64,000 nucleotides of DNA from an uncultured Chloroflexia bacterium (GTDB taxonomy: Bacteria > Chloroflexota > Limnocylindria > Limnocylindrales > CSP1-4), in the NCBI GenBank assembly GCA_963749705.1, contig CAVVNQ010000015.1, positions 320,001 to 384,000 of the forward strand, in the 5' to 3' direction. Position numbers and translations under genes: made by a program. This document shows positions 17,286-27,677 of the stretch, piece by piece; within the stretch, counting starts at the first letter, position 1; each line of letters starts with the position of its first letter. Under the pieces are notes generated by a model. The model did not search any database. It was not told where the DNA came from and saw only the letters and a list, made by a program, of their open reading frames with translations.

Positions 17286-19115
17286 TCAGCCGGGACCCTC
17301 GACCGACAGGTTCGGTGCGTCCTTGCCCAGCGTCACCACGATGCTGGCGGGAATCGTCGGATCCGTCGCCATCGTCGCCGTCACCTTGAACAGCCCCTCG
17401 AGATAGGTGATCGACGCGGCCACGTCCGATTCCGAGCCGTTGTAGACCACGATCTTGGTCTTCGCTGCCGTCGGCGCCCCCTGGTTCGGTGCCGACGCGT
17501 CAAGACCGGCGTAGGCGAGGTAATCGGCCACGTTCGACGCGAGGCCGGTGCGGCCCGAGGCGTTGACGACCCACACCTGCGCCTGCTCGGCGGCGAGCTG
17601 CTCCTGCTGTGCCAGCAGCTTCGGATCCACCGTGAACGCGCTGGCCACGGCCCGGCGGATGCGGGCCGCGTTGATCACGATGTCGCTGTTGGTCCCGTGC
17701 GACGGCCCCCACATGTCCGTGGAGTAGTACGGCGGCGCAAAGACGAACGAGCGCAGGTTCCGGGTATCGATCTGCTGCGACAGCGACAGCAGCGGGCCGA
17801 TCATGGACACCGGCATGTCGGTCTTGATCGACCGCTGGAGCGTGTTGAGCAGATCCGGCAGGTTGGCCATGATCGCCTGCGGATTGACCTGGTCACGGAC
17901 CGAGATCAGCACGCGCTGTTGCCGGCGACCACGGTCGAAGTCGTCGGATCCGTGTCGCGAACGGGCGTAGATCAACGCCTCGGAGCCCGTCATGTGCTGC
18001 GGGCCTGCCGGGATGTACACGCGCTGGGTCCCCGAGTCTCCGGGGTAGTGGTCGTCCGCGACCGGGATCTGGACGTTGATCTGCGCTCCGCCGAGCGTGT
18101 CCACGACCCGCGTGAAGCCCGCGAAGTTGACCATCACGTAATACGGGATGTCGATGCCGTAGAGCTCGCCGAGGATCGCCTTGAGGGCATTGAAGCCACG
18201 GGTCGTGGGGGTCTCACCCGACCACAGCTTGGTCCGGTTGCGGTTCTGGGTCCACCAGCTGTTGATCTTGCCCTGATAGGTGCTGCCCCACAGCGAGCGA
18301 GCGTTCGCGGGCACCGGGACGCCCACGCTGTCGCGAGGAAGCTGGAACATCGCGATCTGCTTGGTCTTGGGGTCGATCGAGACGACGATCATGGTGTCCG
18401 TGTTGAAGCTGCTGTCACCCGGCCGCTGGTCGCTGCCGACGAGCAGCACGTTGAGGCGGTCCGTACCGTTCCACGGCGGCAGCGTCGGCGCCTGGGTGCC
18501 CGTGTCCCCGCTCCCGACCGGCGTCGGGAGCACGTCGGTCGGTGATGGCTCGTCGCTCGGCTCGTCCGATGCGCCCGCCTCGCCGGAGGCCCCCGGGGAC
18601 GGGCTGGCGTCGGGCAGCTGGCAGTCCGGATCGAGGTTGTCCGCGGACAGGCAGCCGACGAAGGTCAGGGCGAGCGTGTCGTAGCGCGCCACGGCGACAT
18701 GCCCGCCGGCCATGACCAGCAGCACGGCGAGCAGCCCGGCGATCGACAGCGGGTTGAGCGGGAGCCGGGCCCGCCCCAGCCGGCCGCCCCCCGATGCGTC
18801 CGTTGCGTTGAGGAACCGGGCGACCTGCCAGGCGTCGACCGCGGCGACGATGCGGTACAGCAGGGTCACGATGTTGAGGATGAAGATCGCCGTCAGGACC
18901 TCCGGCTGGACCACGAATCCGAGCAGGTCCGCCCGGTTGGCGCGGAGGACGATGCCGGCCAGCAGCGCCAGCGACAGGAACGGGAGCGCCGCGAACGCGA
19001 GGCCGCGCGTGATCGCGCCCGCGTAGGCGTGGCCGAGGCCCGGGAAGATCAGCGACAGGAATGCCGCCGCAAAGGCTGAGCGCGAGCGAGGCGACGGTGT
19101 CCGGGTAGGCGGCAT
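17286..19115 (-). CDS. LCP (LytR-CpsA-Psr) family protein with LytR C-terminal domain
   Basis: N-terminal TMs; NVLLVGSD, NTDTMIVVS, QLPRD, ALIYARSRHGSDDFDRGRRQQ; VVNASGRTGLA. Confidence 0.92.
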   Translation of the reverse strand: MPPTRTPSPRSRSAFAAAFLSLIFPGLGHAYAGAITRGLAFAALPFLSLALLAGIVLRANRADLLGFVVQPEVLTAIFILNIVTLLYRIVAAVDAWQVARFLNATDASGGGRLGRARLPLNPLSIAGLLAVLLVMAGGHVAVARYDTLALTFVGCLSADNLDPDCQLPDASPSPGASGEAGASDEPSDEPSPTDVLPTPVGSGDTGTQAPTLPPWNGTDRLNVLLVGSDQRPGDSSFNTDTMIVVSIDPKTKQIAMFQLPRDSVGVPVPANARSLWGSTYQGKINSWWTQNRNRTKLWSGETPTTRGFNALKAILGELYGIDIPYYVMVNFAGFTRVVDTLGGAQINVQIPVADDHYPGDSGTQRVYIPAGPQHMTGSEALIYARSRHGSDDFDRGRRQQRVLISVRDQVNPQAIMANLPDLLNTLQRSIKTDMPVSMIGPLLSLSQQIDTRNLRSFVFAPPYYSTDMWGPSHGTNSDIVINAARIRRAVASAFTVDPKLLAQQEQLAAEQAQVWVVNASGRTGLASNVADYLAYAGLDASAPNQGAPTAAKTKIVVYNGSESDVAASITYLEGLFKVTATMATDPTIPASIVVTLGKDAPNLSVEGPG

Positions 19116-19302
19116 CGCGCGGAATGATACGACGGCCCCCGATCCGGAGCGTTCGGCCGGTCCCGGCCCGCCGTGTCCCGCTGCGGATCCAACGGGCCGC
19201 GACGGAGCGCGGGTGGGCATGGGCGCGCGACGGCGCGCCGTTCCGTAGACTGGTCACCCCGCCGCGGTTCAGCCCCGACCGTCGGTCATCCACCGAGGCC
19301 GC

Positions 19303-22300
19303 ATGTTCCAACCCGTCTCCGCCAGACCCGACTTCGTGGCCCAGGAGCACGAGCTGCTCCGGGAATGGCGCGAGCGCCGCACGTTCGCCCGCCTGCGCGC
19401 CCAGAACGCAGGTGGCCCGCGGTGGAGCTTCCTCGACGGTCCGATCACGGCCAACAACCCGATGGGCGTGCATCACGCCTGGGGTCGTACCTATAAGGAC
19501 CTCTACCAGCGGTTCCACGCGATGCTCGGCGAGGACCAGCGCTACCAGAACGGGTTCGACTGCCAGGGGCTGTGGGTCGAGGTCAACGTCGAGCGTGACC
19601 TGGGGTTCACCTCCAAGCGCGACATCGAGCAGTTCGGGATCGCGGAGTTCGTCAGCCTGTGCAAGCAGCGGGTGCTGACGTTCGCCGCGCGCCAGACCGA
19701 GCAGAGCATCCGGCTCGGGTACTGGATGGACTGGAACGACCCACAGGAGCTGATCCGCCTGCGGGACATGCTCGCGACCGACCCGGCCCAGACGGCCACG
19801 ATCGAGGGACCGCGGGGTCCGGTCACCGACACCGTCGAGATGCTCGTCGGCCGGCTTGGCATGCCCGATGTCGGTGGCAGCTACTTCACGTTCAGCAACG
19901 AGAACAACGACCTGATCTGGGGGTTCCTCGCCGAGTGCCACCGGCGCGGCTGGATCTATCGCGGCCACGACACCATGCCCTGGTGCCCGCGCTGCGGGAC
20001 CGGGCTGTCGCAGATGGAGATGAACGAGGGCTACCAGGAGCGGGAGGACCCCGGCCTCACCGTCCGGCTCCCGCTGGTGGACCGGCCCGGCGAGTCGCTC
20101 CTCGTCTGGACGACCACGCCCTGGACCCTCGCCGCGAACGTGGCGGCCGCGGTCGGGCCCGATCTGCGCTACGTCCGGGTCAGGCAGGGCGACGAGCAGT
20201 TCTGGCTGGGCAAGGGGACGCTGCGGCAGGCGCTCCGGGGGCCGTTCGAGGTGCTCGAGGAGCGTCCCGGGTCGGACCTCTCGGGATGGCGGTACACCGG
20301 CCCGTATGACGAGCTGCCGGCGATCCGCGACGCCTTCGCCGAGGCGGGCTACGAGCACCGCGTGGTCGCCTGGGCGGACGTCGGCGAGGAGGAGGGGACC
20401 GGGATCGTCCACATCGCCCCCGGGTGCGGGGCGGAGGACTTCCAGTTGGGCACGTCGCTGGGCCTGCCGGTCGTGGGCCCGATCGACGAGGACGGCCGGT
20501 ACTACCCGGGGTTCGACTGGCTGTCGGGTCGCGAGGCGCCGGCCATCAGCGAGGCGATCATCGGCGACCTCGAGCAGCGACGGTTTTTCTACCACCTCGA
20601 GCCGTACGCCCACCGGTACCCGCACTGCTGGCGGTGCAGCACGCCGCTCCTGTTCCGGCTCGTCGACGAGTGGTACATCCGCATGGGCGAGGTCTACGAC
20701 CGCCCGCGCGACCAGCTCACGGCGGCCGAGGTCGACGCCAGCCTGCGCTACCAGATCATGGACGTCGTCGACCAGATCCGGTGGATCCCCGGGTTCGGCT
20801 ACGAGCGCGAGCTGGACTGGCTGCTCAACATGCGCGACTGGATGATCTCCAAGAAGCGCTACTACGGGCTCGCGCTGCCGATCTACGACTGCCGCGAGTG
20901 CGGCACGTTCGACGTCATCGGCGGGCGGGAGGAGCTCCGCGAGCGGGCCGTCGAGGGCTGGGCTGGCTTCGAGGGCCATACGCCGCATCGCCCGCACGTG
21001 GACGCGGTGAAGATCGCTTGTCCCAAGTGCGGTGCACCCGTGTCGCGGATCACGGACGTCGGGAACCCCTGGCTCGATGCCGGGATCGTGCCGTTCTCGA
21101 CGCTCCACTTCCGCGAGGACCCCGACTACTGGGCGCAGTGGTTCCCGGCCGACTTCGTGTCCGAGAGCTTCCCGGGCCAGTTCCGCAACTGGTTCTACGC
21201 GATGCTCGCGATGTCGACCGTGCTCCGCCGCGAGCCTCCATTCAAGACGATCTTCGGCTACGCCACGCTGTTCGGCGAAGACGGCCGGCCGATGCACAAG
21301 AGCTGGGGCAACTCGATCGAGTTCGATGAGGCTGCCGAGCGCATGGGCGTGGACGTGATGCGCTGGATGTACGCGTCGGCCCGCCCCGACGACAACATCC
21401 TGTTCGGCTGGCACGCGGCGGACGAGGCGCGTCGCGAGCTGCTGGTGTTGTGGAACGTGTACACGTTCTTCGTGACCTACGCGCGCCTCGCCGGCTGGAC
21501 GCCGCGGGCCGGGATCGACCAGGTGGTGAACGAGGCGGACGGCTGGCCGGTCCTCGACCGCTGGATCCTGTCGCGCTCGGCCGGTGTCTCGGCGGACGTC
21601 GGGGCCCGGCTCGCGGACTATGACGCGCTCGCGGCGACCCGGCTCATCGGCACCTACATCGACGACCTCTCGACGTGGTACCTGCGCCGGTCGCGCGACC
21701 GGATGCGGGCGGGCGCCGCGGCGACGGACCGCGAGGCCGCGTTCGCGACCCTTCACGCCGCCCTGGTCGTCCTGGCGAGGACGCTGGCCCCCATCCTTCC
21801 GTTCCTGTCCGAGTCGATGTACGGGAACCTGATCGGGTCTGTCATTCCGAGCCTGCCGGACAGCGTCCACCTGACGCGCTGGCCGGCGGACGACGTGGCG
21901 GCCTTCCGTGATCCGGCGCTGGAGCGAGCGATGGGCACCGCTCGTCATGCCGTCGACCTGGTGCGGACGCTGCGCGGGCAGGCCGGGCTCAAGGTGCGCC
22001 AGCCGCTGGCGCGCATGTGGCTGGCGCTCCCGGGTGGCGAGCTGCCCGAGCGCGATGCGCTGCTGGACCTGATCCGCGCCGAGGCGAATGTCAAGACCGT
22101 GGAGCTGATCGGGGATGAGTCGGAGCTGGTCGATCGAGGCGTCAGGGTCCTCCTCCCGAAGGTCGGCAAGCGCCTGGGATCGAAGATCCCCGCGGTGACG
22201 GCCGCCGCCCGCGACGGCGCGTTCGAGCTCCACGGAGATGGGTCGGTCACGCTCGCGGGCGAGACGCTGGCCGCCGACGAGGTCGAGGTCCTGGCCACGC

Positions 22301-22638
22301 CGCGCCCCGGGACCGCGGTCGCCCACGATGCCGGACTGGTGGTGGTCATCGACACCGGGCTCACGCCGGAGCTGCGGGCCGAGGGTGACGCGCGGGAGCT
22401 GCAGCGCGCGGTCCAGGACCTGCGCAAGGAAGCCGGCCTTGAGCTCGACGACCGGATCGAGCTGTGGATCGACGGCCTGGCTGCGGGCGTCGCGCCGTAT
22501 ATCGAGGTCGTGAGCGCCGAGACCCTCGCCGACGAGACCCGGCTGGGTCCGCCGCCGGGCGACGTTGCGACGGCCACCGTCAGCCTGGATTCGGGCAACG
22601 TGCGGATCGCGCTTCGCCGCACCGGAGGGGGCGCGTGA
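19303..22638 (+). CDS. ileS: Isoleucine--tRNA ligase, type 2
   Basis: DGPITAN, WTTTPWT, GTGIVHIAP, YPHCWRC, DWMISKKRYYG, PMHKSWGN and an IleRS2-type C-terminus. Confidence 0.96.
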   Translation: MFQPVSARPDFVAQEHELLREWRERRTFARLRAQNAGGPRWSFLDGPITANNPMGVHHAWGRTYKDLYQRFHAMLGEDQRYQNGFDCQGLWVEVNVERDLGFTSKRDIEQFGIAEFVSLCKQRVLTFAARQTEQSIRLGYWMDWNDPQELIRLRDMLATDPAQTATIEGPRGPVTDTVEMLVGRLGMPDVGGSYFTFSNENNDLIWGFLAECHRRGWIYRGHDTMPWCPRCGTGLSQMEMNEGYQEREDPGLTVRLPLVDRPGESLLVWTTTPWTLAANVAAAVGPDLRYVRVRQGDEQFWLGKGTLRQALRGPFEVLEERPGSDLSGWRYTGPYDELPAIRDAFAEAGYEHRVVAWADVGEEEGTGIVHIAPGCGAEDFQLGTSLGLPVVGPIDEDGRYYPGFDWLSGREAPAISEAIIGDLEQRRFFYHLEPYAHRYPHCWRCSTPLLFRLVDEWYIRMGEVYDRPRDQLTAAEVDASLRYQIMDVVDQIRWIPGFGYERELDWLLNMRDWMISKKRYYGLALPIYDCRECGTFDVIGGREELRERAVEGWAGFEGHTPHRPHVDAVKIACPKCGAPVSRITDVGNPWLDAGIVPFSTLHFREDPDYWAQWFPADFVSESFPGQFRNWFYAMLAMSTVLRREPPFKTIFGYATLFGEDGRPMHKSWGNSIEFDEAAERMGVDVMRWMYASARPDDNILFGWHAADEARRELLVLWNVYTFFVTYARLAGWTPRAGIDQVVNEADGWPVLDRWILSRSAGVSADVGARLADYDALAATRLIGTYIDDLSTWYLRRSRDRMRAGAAATDREAAFATLHAALVVLARTLAPILPFLSESMYGNLIGSVIPSLPDSVHLTRWPADDVAAFRDPALERAMGTARHAVDLVRTLRGQAGLKVRQPLARMWLALPGGELPERDALLDLIRAEANVKTVELIGDESELVDRGVRVLLPKVGKRLGSKIPAVTAAARDGAFELHGDGSVTLAGETLAADEVEVLATPRPGTAVAHDAGLVVVIDTGLTPELRAEGDARELQRAVQDLRKEAGLELDDRIELWIDGLAAGVAPYIEVVSAETLADETRLGPPPGDVATATVSLDSGNVRIALRRTGGGA

Positions 22639-22642
22639 TCCG

Positions 22643-23236
22643 ATGACCACGCCCGACATCGGCCGGTCCGCGTCCGGCGACGACATCGAGGACGGGCTCG
22701 AGGACGACACCGCCTCGGACACCACGGCGGCGACCGGGCATCCCTGGACTCACCCGTCGGCGGGCCGATGGCTGCTGTTTGCCGCGCTGGCTGCCGTGGT
22801 CGTGGTCGCGGACCAGCTGACCAAGGCGTGGGTGGCCGGGTCGCTGGCCCAGGGTGAAGGGTTCGAGGTGCTGGGCGACTGGGTCCGGATCATCCACTGG
22901 CGCAACTCCGGGATCCTGTTCGGGATGCTGCCGCAGTCCGCCGGCGCGTTCGCGGTCGCCTCGCTCGTCGTCGCCGGCCTGATCGTGGCCTACCACGCCC
23001 GGGCCGGGCGGGGGCTGGTCGTGACGATCGCGCTGGGTCTCCTGCTGGGCGGCGCGATCGGCAACCTGATCGACCGGGTGCACTATGGGTCGGTGATCGA
23101 CTTCGTGGACATGGGGATCGGCGCCTGGCGCTTCTACACCTACAACATCGCCGATGCCGCGATCTCGACCTCGATCGTGCTGCTGGTGGCGATGGCGGCA
23201 TTCCCGCGGATCGGCGAGTGGAGGCTCGATGCCTGA
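22643..23236 (+). CDS. lspA: Lipoprotein signal peptidase II
   Basis: DQLTK, NSGILFG, GGAIGNLIDR, VIDF, YNIAD. Confidence 0.94.
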   Translation: MTTPDIGRSASGDDIEDGLEDDTASDTTAATGHPWTHPSAGRWLLFAALAAVVVVADQLTKAWVAGSLAQGEGFEVLGDWVRIIHWRNSGILFGMLPQSAGAFAVASLVVAGLIVAYHARAGRGLVVTIALGLLLGGAIGNLIDRVHYGSVIDFVDMGIGAWRFYTYNIADAAISTSIVLLVAMAAFPRIGEWRLDA

Positions 23237-24302
23237 CCTGCCCGAGACGGTCGAGGCGCTGCCCGATGACGAGGAGCTCGACGACCTCGACGACCTGGAC
23301 CCGGCCCTGCCGCCGGAGCAGGTGGCGCCGTCCATCCCGCCCGGACCGCGGCGCCTGCTCGTCCCGGAAGGCGAGATCGTGCGCCGGGTGGATCGCTTCG
23401 TCGCGGACCGGACCGGGCTGTCCCGGTCGTTCGTCCAGCGCCTGATCTCTGACGGCCGGCTGGTCGACGACGATGGCCGGCGGCTGCGCGCGAACTCGGA
23501 GGTGCGGGGTGGCGCGGTGACCCTGGAGGTCCCGCCGCCGGAGATCCCGTACCACCTGGAGCCGGACCCGACGATCGAGGTGCCGGTGGTGTACGAGGAC
23601 GATGACCTGCTGATCGTCGACAAGCCCAGCGGGCTGGTGGTCCACCCGGCGCCCGGACACTGGCGCGGCACCCTGGTCAATGCCCTGCTCGCCCGGGGAG
23701 ACCGGTACGGCGGCATCGCCGGGGTCGCCCGGCCGGGCATCGTGCACCGGCTGGACCGGGACACGTCCGGCCTGCTGATCGTGGCCAAGAACGACGCCGC
23801 CCAGTCATCGGTGATGGCCCAGCTCAAGGCCCGCCGGATACGCAAGACGTACCTCGCCCTGGTGCTCGGCTCGGTGGCGGCGGCCGTGGGCCGGATCGAG
23901 GCGCCCATCGGCCGGGATCCCAGGGACCGCAAGCGGATGGCCGTGGTGCCCAACGGCCGGCGCGCGGTCACCGGGTACCGGGTACGCGAGCGGTTCGCCG
24001 AATGGACGCTGCTGGAGCTGGACCTCGTCACCGGCCGCACCCACCAGATCCGGGTCCACCTGACCGCGCTCGGGCACCCCGTTGCGGGCGACCCGGTGTA
24101 CGGGACGGGCACCTCGCGCCGGGGTCCGGACGGGCTGGAGCGGCTGTTCCTCCACGCGTGGCGACTGGAGCTGGTCTCGCCCGCATCGGCGCGGCTGGTC
24201 CGGGCCGAGGCGCCGCTGCCCGCCGCGCTCGAGTCCGTGCTCGACGGGCTTCGCAGCGAGGAGCTGCCGCACGGCCGGCATGCGCCGGGAGGCGTGGCGT
24301 GA
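23229..24302 (+). CDS. rluD: RluA/RluD family pseudouridine synthase
   Basis: S4-like domain, DKPSGLVVHP, HRLDRDTSG, TGRTHQIRVH, GDPVYG, LHA. Confidence 0.92.
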   Translation: MPDLPETVEALPDDEELDDLDDLDPALPPEQVAPSIPPGPRRLLVPEGEIVRRVDRFVADRTGLSRSFVQRLISDGRLVDDDGRRLRANSEVRGGAVTLEVPPPEIPYHLEPDPTIEVPVVYEDDDLLIVDKPSGLVVHPAPGHWRGTLVNALLARGDRYGGIAGVARPGIVHRLDRDTSGLLIVAKNDAAQSSVMAQLKARRIRKTYLALVLGSVAAAVGRIEAPIGRDPRDRKRMAVVPNGRRAVTGYRVRERFAEWTLLELDLVTGRTHQIRVHLTALGHPVAGDPVYGTGTSRRGPDGLERLFLHAWRLELVSPASARLVRAEAPLPAALESVLDGLRSEELPHGRHAPGGVA

Positions 24303-24928
24303 CCGAGCCCGAGGTCCTGCTCGGTGCCCCCGGGGCGTTGCTGGTGATCATCAGCGGGCCCTCCGGGGTGGGCAAGGACACGATCATCGAGGCGCTGGCC
24401 AAGCGGCCACGGGACCCGGACTACCACTACGTCGTCACCTGCACGACGCGCCGGCCGCGACCCGGCGAGGTCCCCGGCGTGTCCTACCAGTTCCTCAGCC
24501 AGCAGCAGTTCCGGGCGCTGCGCGAGGCGGGTGAGCTGCTGGAGGCGAACCAGGTGCACGGCAACTGGTACGGCACGCCACGTCGCGAGGTGGCCCGGGC
24601 GCTCGCCGACGGGCACGACGTGATCCTCAAGATCGATGTCCAGGGCGCGCGCGTCGTCAAGGGCCGGGTCCCGGACGCGCTGCTCGTGTTCCTCGTGCCG
24701 CCCTCGCTGGAGGCGCTGTTCCAGCGACTGCGGTCCCGCGCGACCGAGACGGCCGACGAGCTCGAGATCCGCCAGCGGAACGCGGCGATCGAGCTGGCGC
24801 GGCAGGGCGACTACGACCGCGTGGTCGTCAACGAGACGGGCGAGGTGGACCGGACCGCCGCCGAGATCGAGGCGATCATCGAGCAGGAGAAGCGACGGAA
24901 CGGCGACCGGCAGATCCGGATCGCCTGA
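24299..24928 (+). CDS. gmk: Guanylate kinase
   Basis: ISGPSGVGKDT, TTRRPRPGE, HGNWYGTP, KIDVQGA, FLVPPS. Confidence 0.96.
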   Translation: MTEPEVLLGAPGALLVIISGPSGVGKDTIIEALAKRPRDPDYHYVVTCTTRRPRPGEVPGVSYQFLSQQQFRALREAGELLEANQVHGNWYGTPRREVARALADGHDVILKIDVQGARVVKGRVPDALLVFLVPPSLEALFQRLRSRATETADELEIRQRNAAIELARQGDYDRVVVNETGEVDRTAAEIEAIIEQEKRRNGDRQIRIA

Positions 24929-24933
24929 CGCCG

Positions 24934-27585
24934 GTGCCACCCACCGTGCCCCCCGACGGGCTGCTCGACGGGCCGTTCGACCGGCACGCCGGGGCGACGC
25001 GCGACCCGCTCCCCGATGATCCGCGGCGGGACCTGGTCGAGGTCGCGGTCGACGCCCCGGCCGGGCCCGGGCCGCGAACGTACACGTACCTGGTGCCCGA
25101 GGGGCTCGGCGACCTGGCGGCGGGCGAGCCGGTGCTGGTGCCGTTCGGGCGCGGTGGCCGGCAGGCGATCGGGGTGGTCATCGGTCCCGGGGTGGCGCCG
25201 GCATCGGGCGAGCTGCGACCGATCGCGGCCCGCGTCCGGAGCGACGGACCGCTGCTGCCGCCGCTGGCGATGGCATTCGCGGGCGTGCTGGCGGATCTCT
25301 ACCTCGCGCCGCTGGCGATGGTCATCCGCGCGATGCTCCCGCCGGGCATGCTCGAGCGGCTCGAGCTCGTCGCGGAGGTGACCCCGGCGGGCGAGACCCG
25401 GCTCGGTGCGGAGTCCCCGGGGCTGGCCATCGCGGATGTGGACCTGCTCGACGAGCTGGCCGGCCGGTCGCGGCCCGTCCGCGAGCTGGCCACGCCCGAG
25501 GGCCGCGCCTCGCTCCTGCGCCGACTCCGGGCGCTGGCCGCTGACGGCCTGGTCGACCTCACCTGGACGCTCGTCGGCGCCGCGGTGGGGCCGCGGTTCG
25601 AGCGGCGGCTGTGGCTCACCCCCGCCGGCGTGGAGGCCGTGGCGACGCTGTGGACCGGCGGTCGGATCGCCGGCCGTCAGCTCGGGCCGCGCCAGCGAGC
25701 GGCGCTCGACGCCATCGCCGGAGCCCAGGCCGGCGGCCCACCGACCGACCGGGAGACGATCGACCCGCCGCCCGGATCCGGGGCCGTCGATCCGGCGGAC
25801 CCTCCCGCCGCATCCACCCTGCCGGCCACAGCCGACGACGGGCTGGCGGCGGCGCCGCTCGCGGAGCAGTTCGGCGCCGGCGCGCTGGCGGGGCTCGTCC
25901 GCCGGGGCCTGCTGCGGGCCGAGGTGCGCGAGCGTCCCCGGCGTCCGCTGGCCGGGCGTCCGCCGGGCCTCCGGGGCGCGCGACCGTCGGGCGCCGCGCT
26001 CACCCCGCCGCAGGCGGCTGCCGTCGAGCTGGTCCGGGCGGCGATCGACAGCCGGGACCCGATGCCGATCCTCCTCGACGGCGTCACCGGTGGCGGCAAG
26101 ACGGCGATCTACGTCGAGGGTCTGGTGGCGTGCCTGGCGGCCGGGCGGCGCGCGGTCGTGCTGGTCCCGGAGATCGCCCTCGCGACGCCGATCGTGGACC
26201 GCCTGCGGGCGGAGCTGCCGGTCCGGGTGGTCGTCCTCCATTCGGGTCTCGGGGAAGGGGAGCGCGCCGATGAATGGCGGCGAGTCCGTGCCGGCGACGC
26301 CGATATCGTGGTCGGCACCCGGACCGCCTTGCTGGCCCCGATCGATGACGTGGGCCTGATCGTCGTCGACGAGGAGCACGACGCCGGCTACAAGAGCGAC
26401 CGGACCCCGAGGTACCAGGCGCGCGACGCGGCGCTCGCCCTGGGCGTGCTCGCCGGCGCCGCCGTCGTGCTCGGCAGCGCGACCCCGTCGGTCGAGAGCG
26501 TCGGCCACGCCCGGGCGGGTCGGTACCGCCGCGTCGAGCTGCCGGCCCGCCCGACCGGGACGGCACCCCGGGTGACGGCCGTGGACCTGCGCGCCGAGCT
26601 CGCGGCGGGCAACCGCGGGCTGATCTCGCAGGCACTGGCCGATGCCCTCGCCGAGCTCGACCGGGACCGGGGCGATCGCGCCATCCTGGTCATCAACCGG
26701 CGGGGCACCGCGTCGGTGGTGATGTGCCGTGACTGCGGCCACGTCCAGGCGTGCCCCGACTGCGAGCGACCGCTCGTGTATCACCATGCGGGGACCACGC
26801 TTCGCTGCCACCACTGCGGCCGTGCGTGGCCACCCGCGGTGCGCTGCCCGGCCTGCAGGTCACCGCGGATCCGCTACCTGGGCGGCGGCACGGAGCGCGT
26901 CGAGCGCGAGGTTCGCGGACGGTTCCCTGACCTGCGCGTGGGTCGCCTGGACCGCGACGTCGTCGAGCGTCGGGGCGCGGCCGTGCGGGTGCTCGACGCA
27001 TTCACGGACGGCCGGCTCGACGTCCTCGTCGGCACCAGCCTGGTCACCAAGGGTCTCGACATCCCCGAGGTGACGCTGGTCGGCGTGGTGTCCGCGGACG
27101 TGGCCCTCAACCTGCCCGATGAGCGCGCCGCGGAGCGGACGTACCAGCTGCTCGCGCAGGCGGTGGGACGCGCGGGTCGCGGCGACCGACCGGGGATCGC
27201 GCTGATCCAGACCTACCGACCGGAGCACCGCGCGATCCGCGCCGTCGTCGACGATGACGCCACCGCCTTCTACGACGAGGAGCTGGCGATGCGGGAGCGG
27301 TTCGGGTCGCCGCCGTTCGGCCGCCTGATCAAGCTCAGCGTCGGGCTCGCGGACCGAGAGGCCGCCGAACGCGAGGCGGTGGCGATGGCCGGTCGTCTCC
27401 GGGAACGTGCCCGGGCGCTTGCGCTGCCCATCGAGGTCGTCGGCCCTGCGCCCGCGTACGTCGCCCGGCGCGCCGAGCGCTGGCGGTACAACGTCGTGCT
27501 CCGGGGCCCGGAGCCGGCGGCGCTGCTCGACCCGCCGCCCGGCGCGCCGTGGTCCATCGACGTCGATCCCGAGAGCCTGCTCTGA
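24934..27585 (+). CDS. priA: Primosomal protein N' (PriA)
   Basis: GVTGGGKT, DEEHD, SATPS, four CxxC, KGLDIP, GRAGR, IDVDP. Confidence 0.96.
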   Translation: MPPTVPPDGLLDGPFDRHAGATRDPLPDDPRRDLVEVAVDAPAGPGPRTYTYLVPEGLGDLAAGEPVLVPFGRGGRQAIGVVIGPGVAPASGELRPIAARVRSDGPLLPPLAMAFAGVLADLYLAPLAMVIRAMLPPGMLERLELVAEVTPAGETRLGAESPGLAIADVDLLDELAGRSRPVRELATPEGRASLLRRLRALAADGLVDLTWTLVGAAVGPRFERRLWLTPAGVEAVATLWTGGRIAGRQLGPRQRAALDAIAGAQAGGPPTDRETIDPPPGSGAVDPADPPAASTLPATADDGLAAAPLAEQFGAGALAGLVRRGLLRAEVRERPRRPLAGRPPGLRGARPSGAALTPPQAAAVELVRAAIDSRDPMPILLDGVTGGGKTAIYVEGLVACLAAGRRAVVLVPEIALATPIVDRLRAELPVRVVVLHSGLGEGERADEWRRVRAGDADIVVGTRTALLAPIDDVGLIVVDEEHDAGYKSDRTPRYQARDAALALGVLAGAAVVLGSATPSVESVGHARAGRYRRVELPARPTGTAPRVTAVDLRAELAAGNRGLISQALADALAELDRDRGDRAILVINRRGTASVVMCRDCGHVQACPDCERPLVYHHAGTTLRCHHCGRAWPPAVRCPACRSPRIRYLGGGTERVEREVRGRFPDLRVGRLDRDVVERRGAAVRVLDAFTDGRLDVLVGTSLVTKGLDIPEVTLVGVVSADVALNLPDERAAERTYQLLAQAVGRAGRGDRPGIALIQTYRPEHRAIRAVVDDDATAFYDEELAMRERFGSPPFGRLIKLSVGLADREAAEREAVAMAGRLRERARALALPIEVVGPAPAYVARRAERWRYNVVLRGPEPAALLDPPPGAPWSIDVDPESLL

Positions 27586-27677
27586 CGGTTCGCGCGGATC
27601 GGGCGTCGGCCGGCGGGCGCGGCTGTGGCCGGCGGCCGCGGATCGGTGGCCGGTCGTGGCTCGCCGTCGCAAGGGAT

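Noticed and set aside
19200-19302. T-box riboswitch before ileS
   Set aside because: Putative -10 (TAGACT) leaves only ~50 nt of leader and no UGGNACC T-box sequence.
18415-22725. Very long antisense and alternate-frame ORFs (e.g. 1436 aa opposite ileS, 1055 aa opposite smc, 938 aa opposite recG)
   Set aside because: Shadow ORFs expected in high-GC coding DNA; no recognisable motifs and they overlap bona fide genes.
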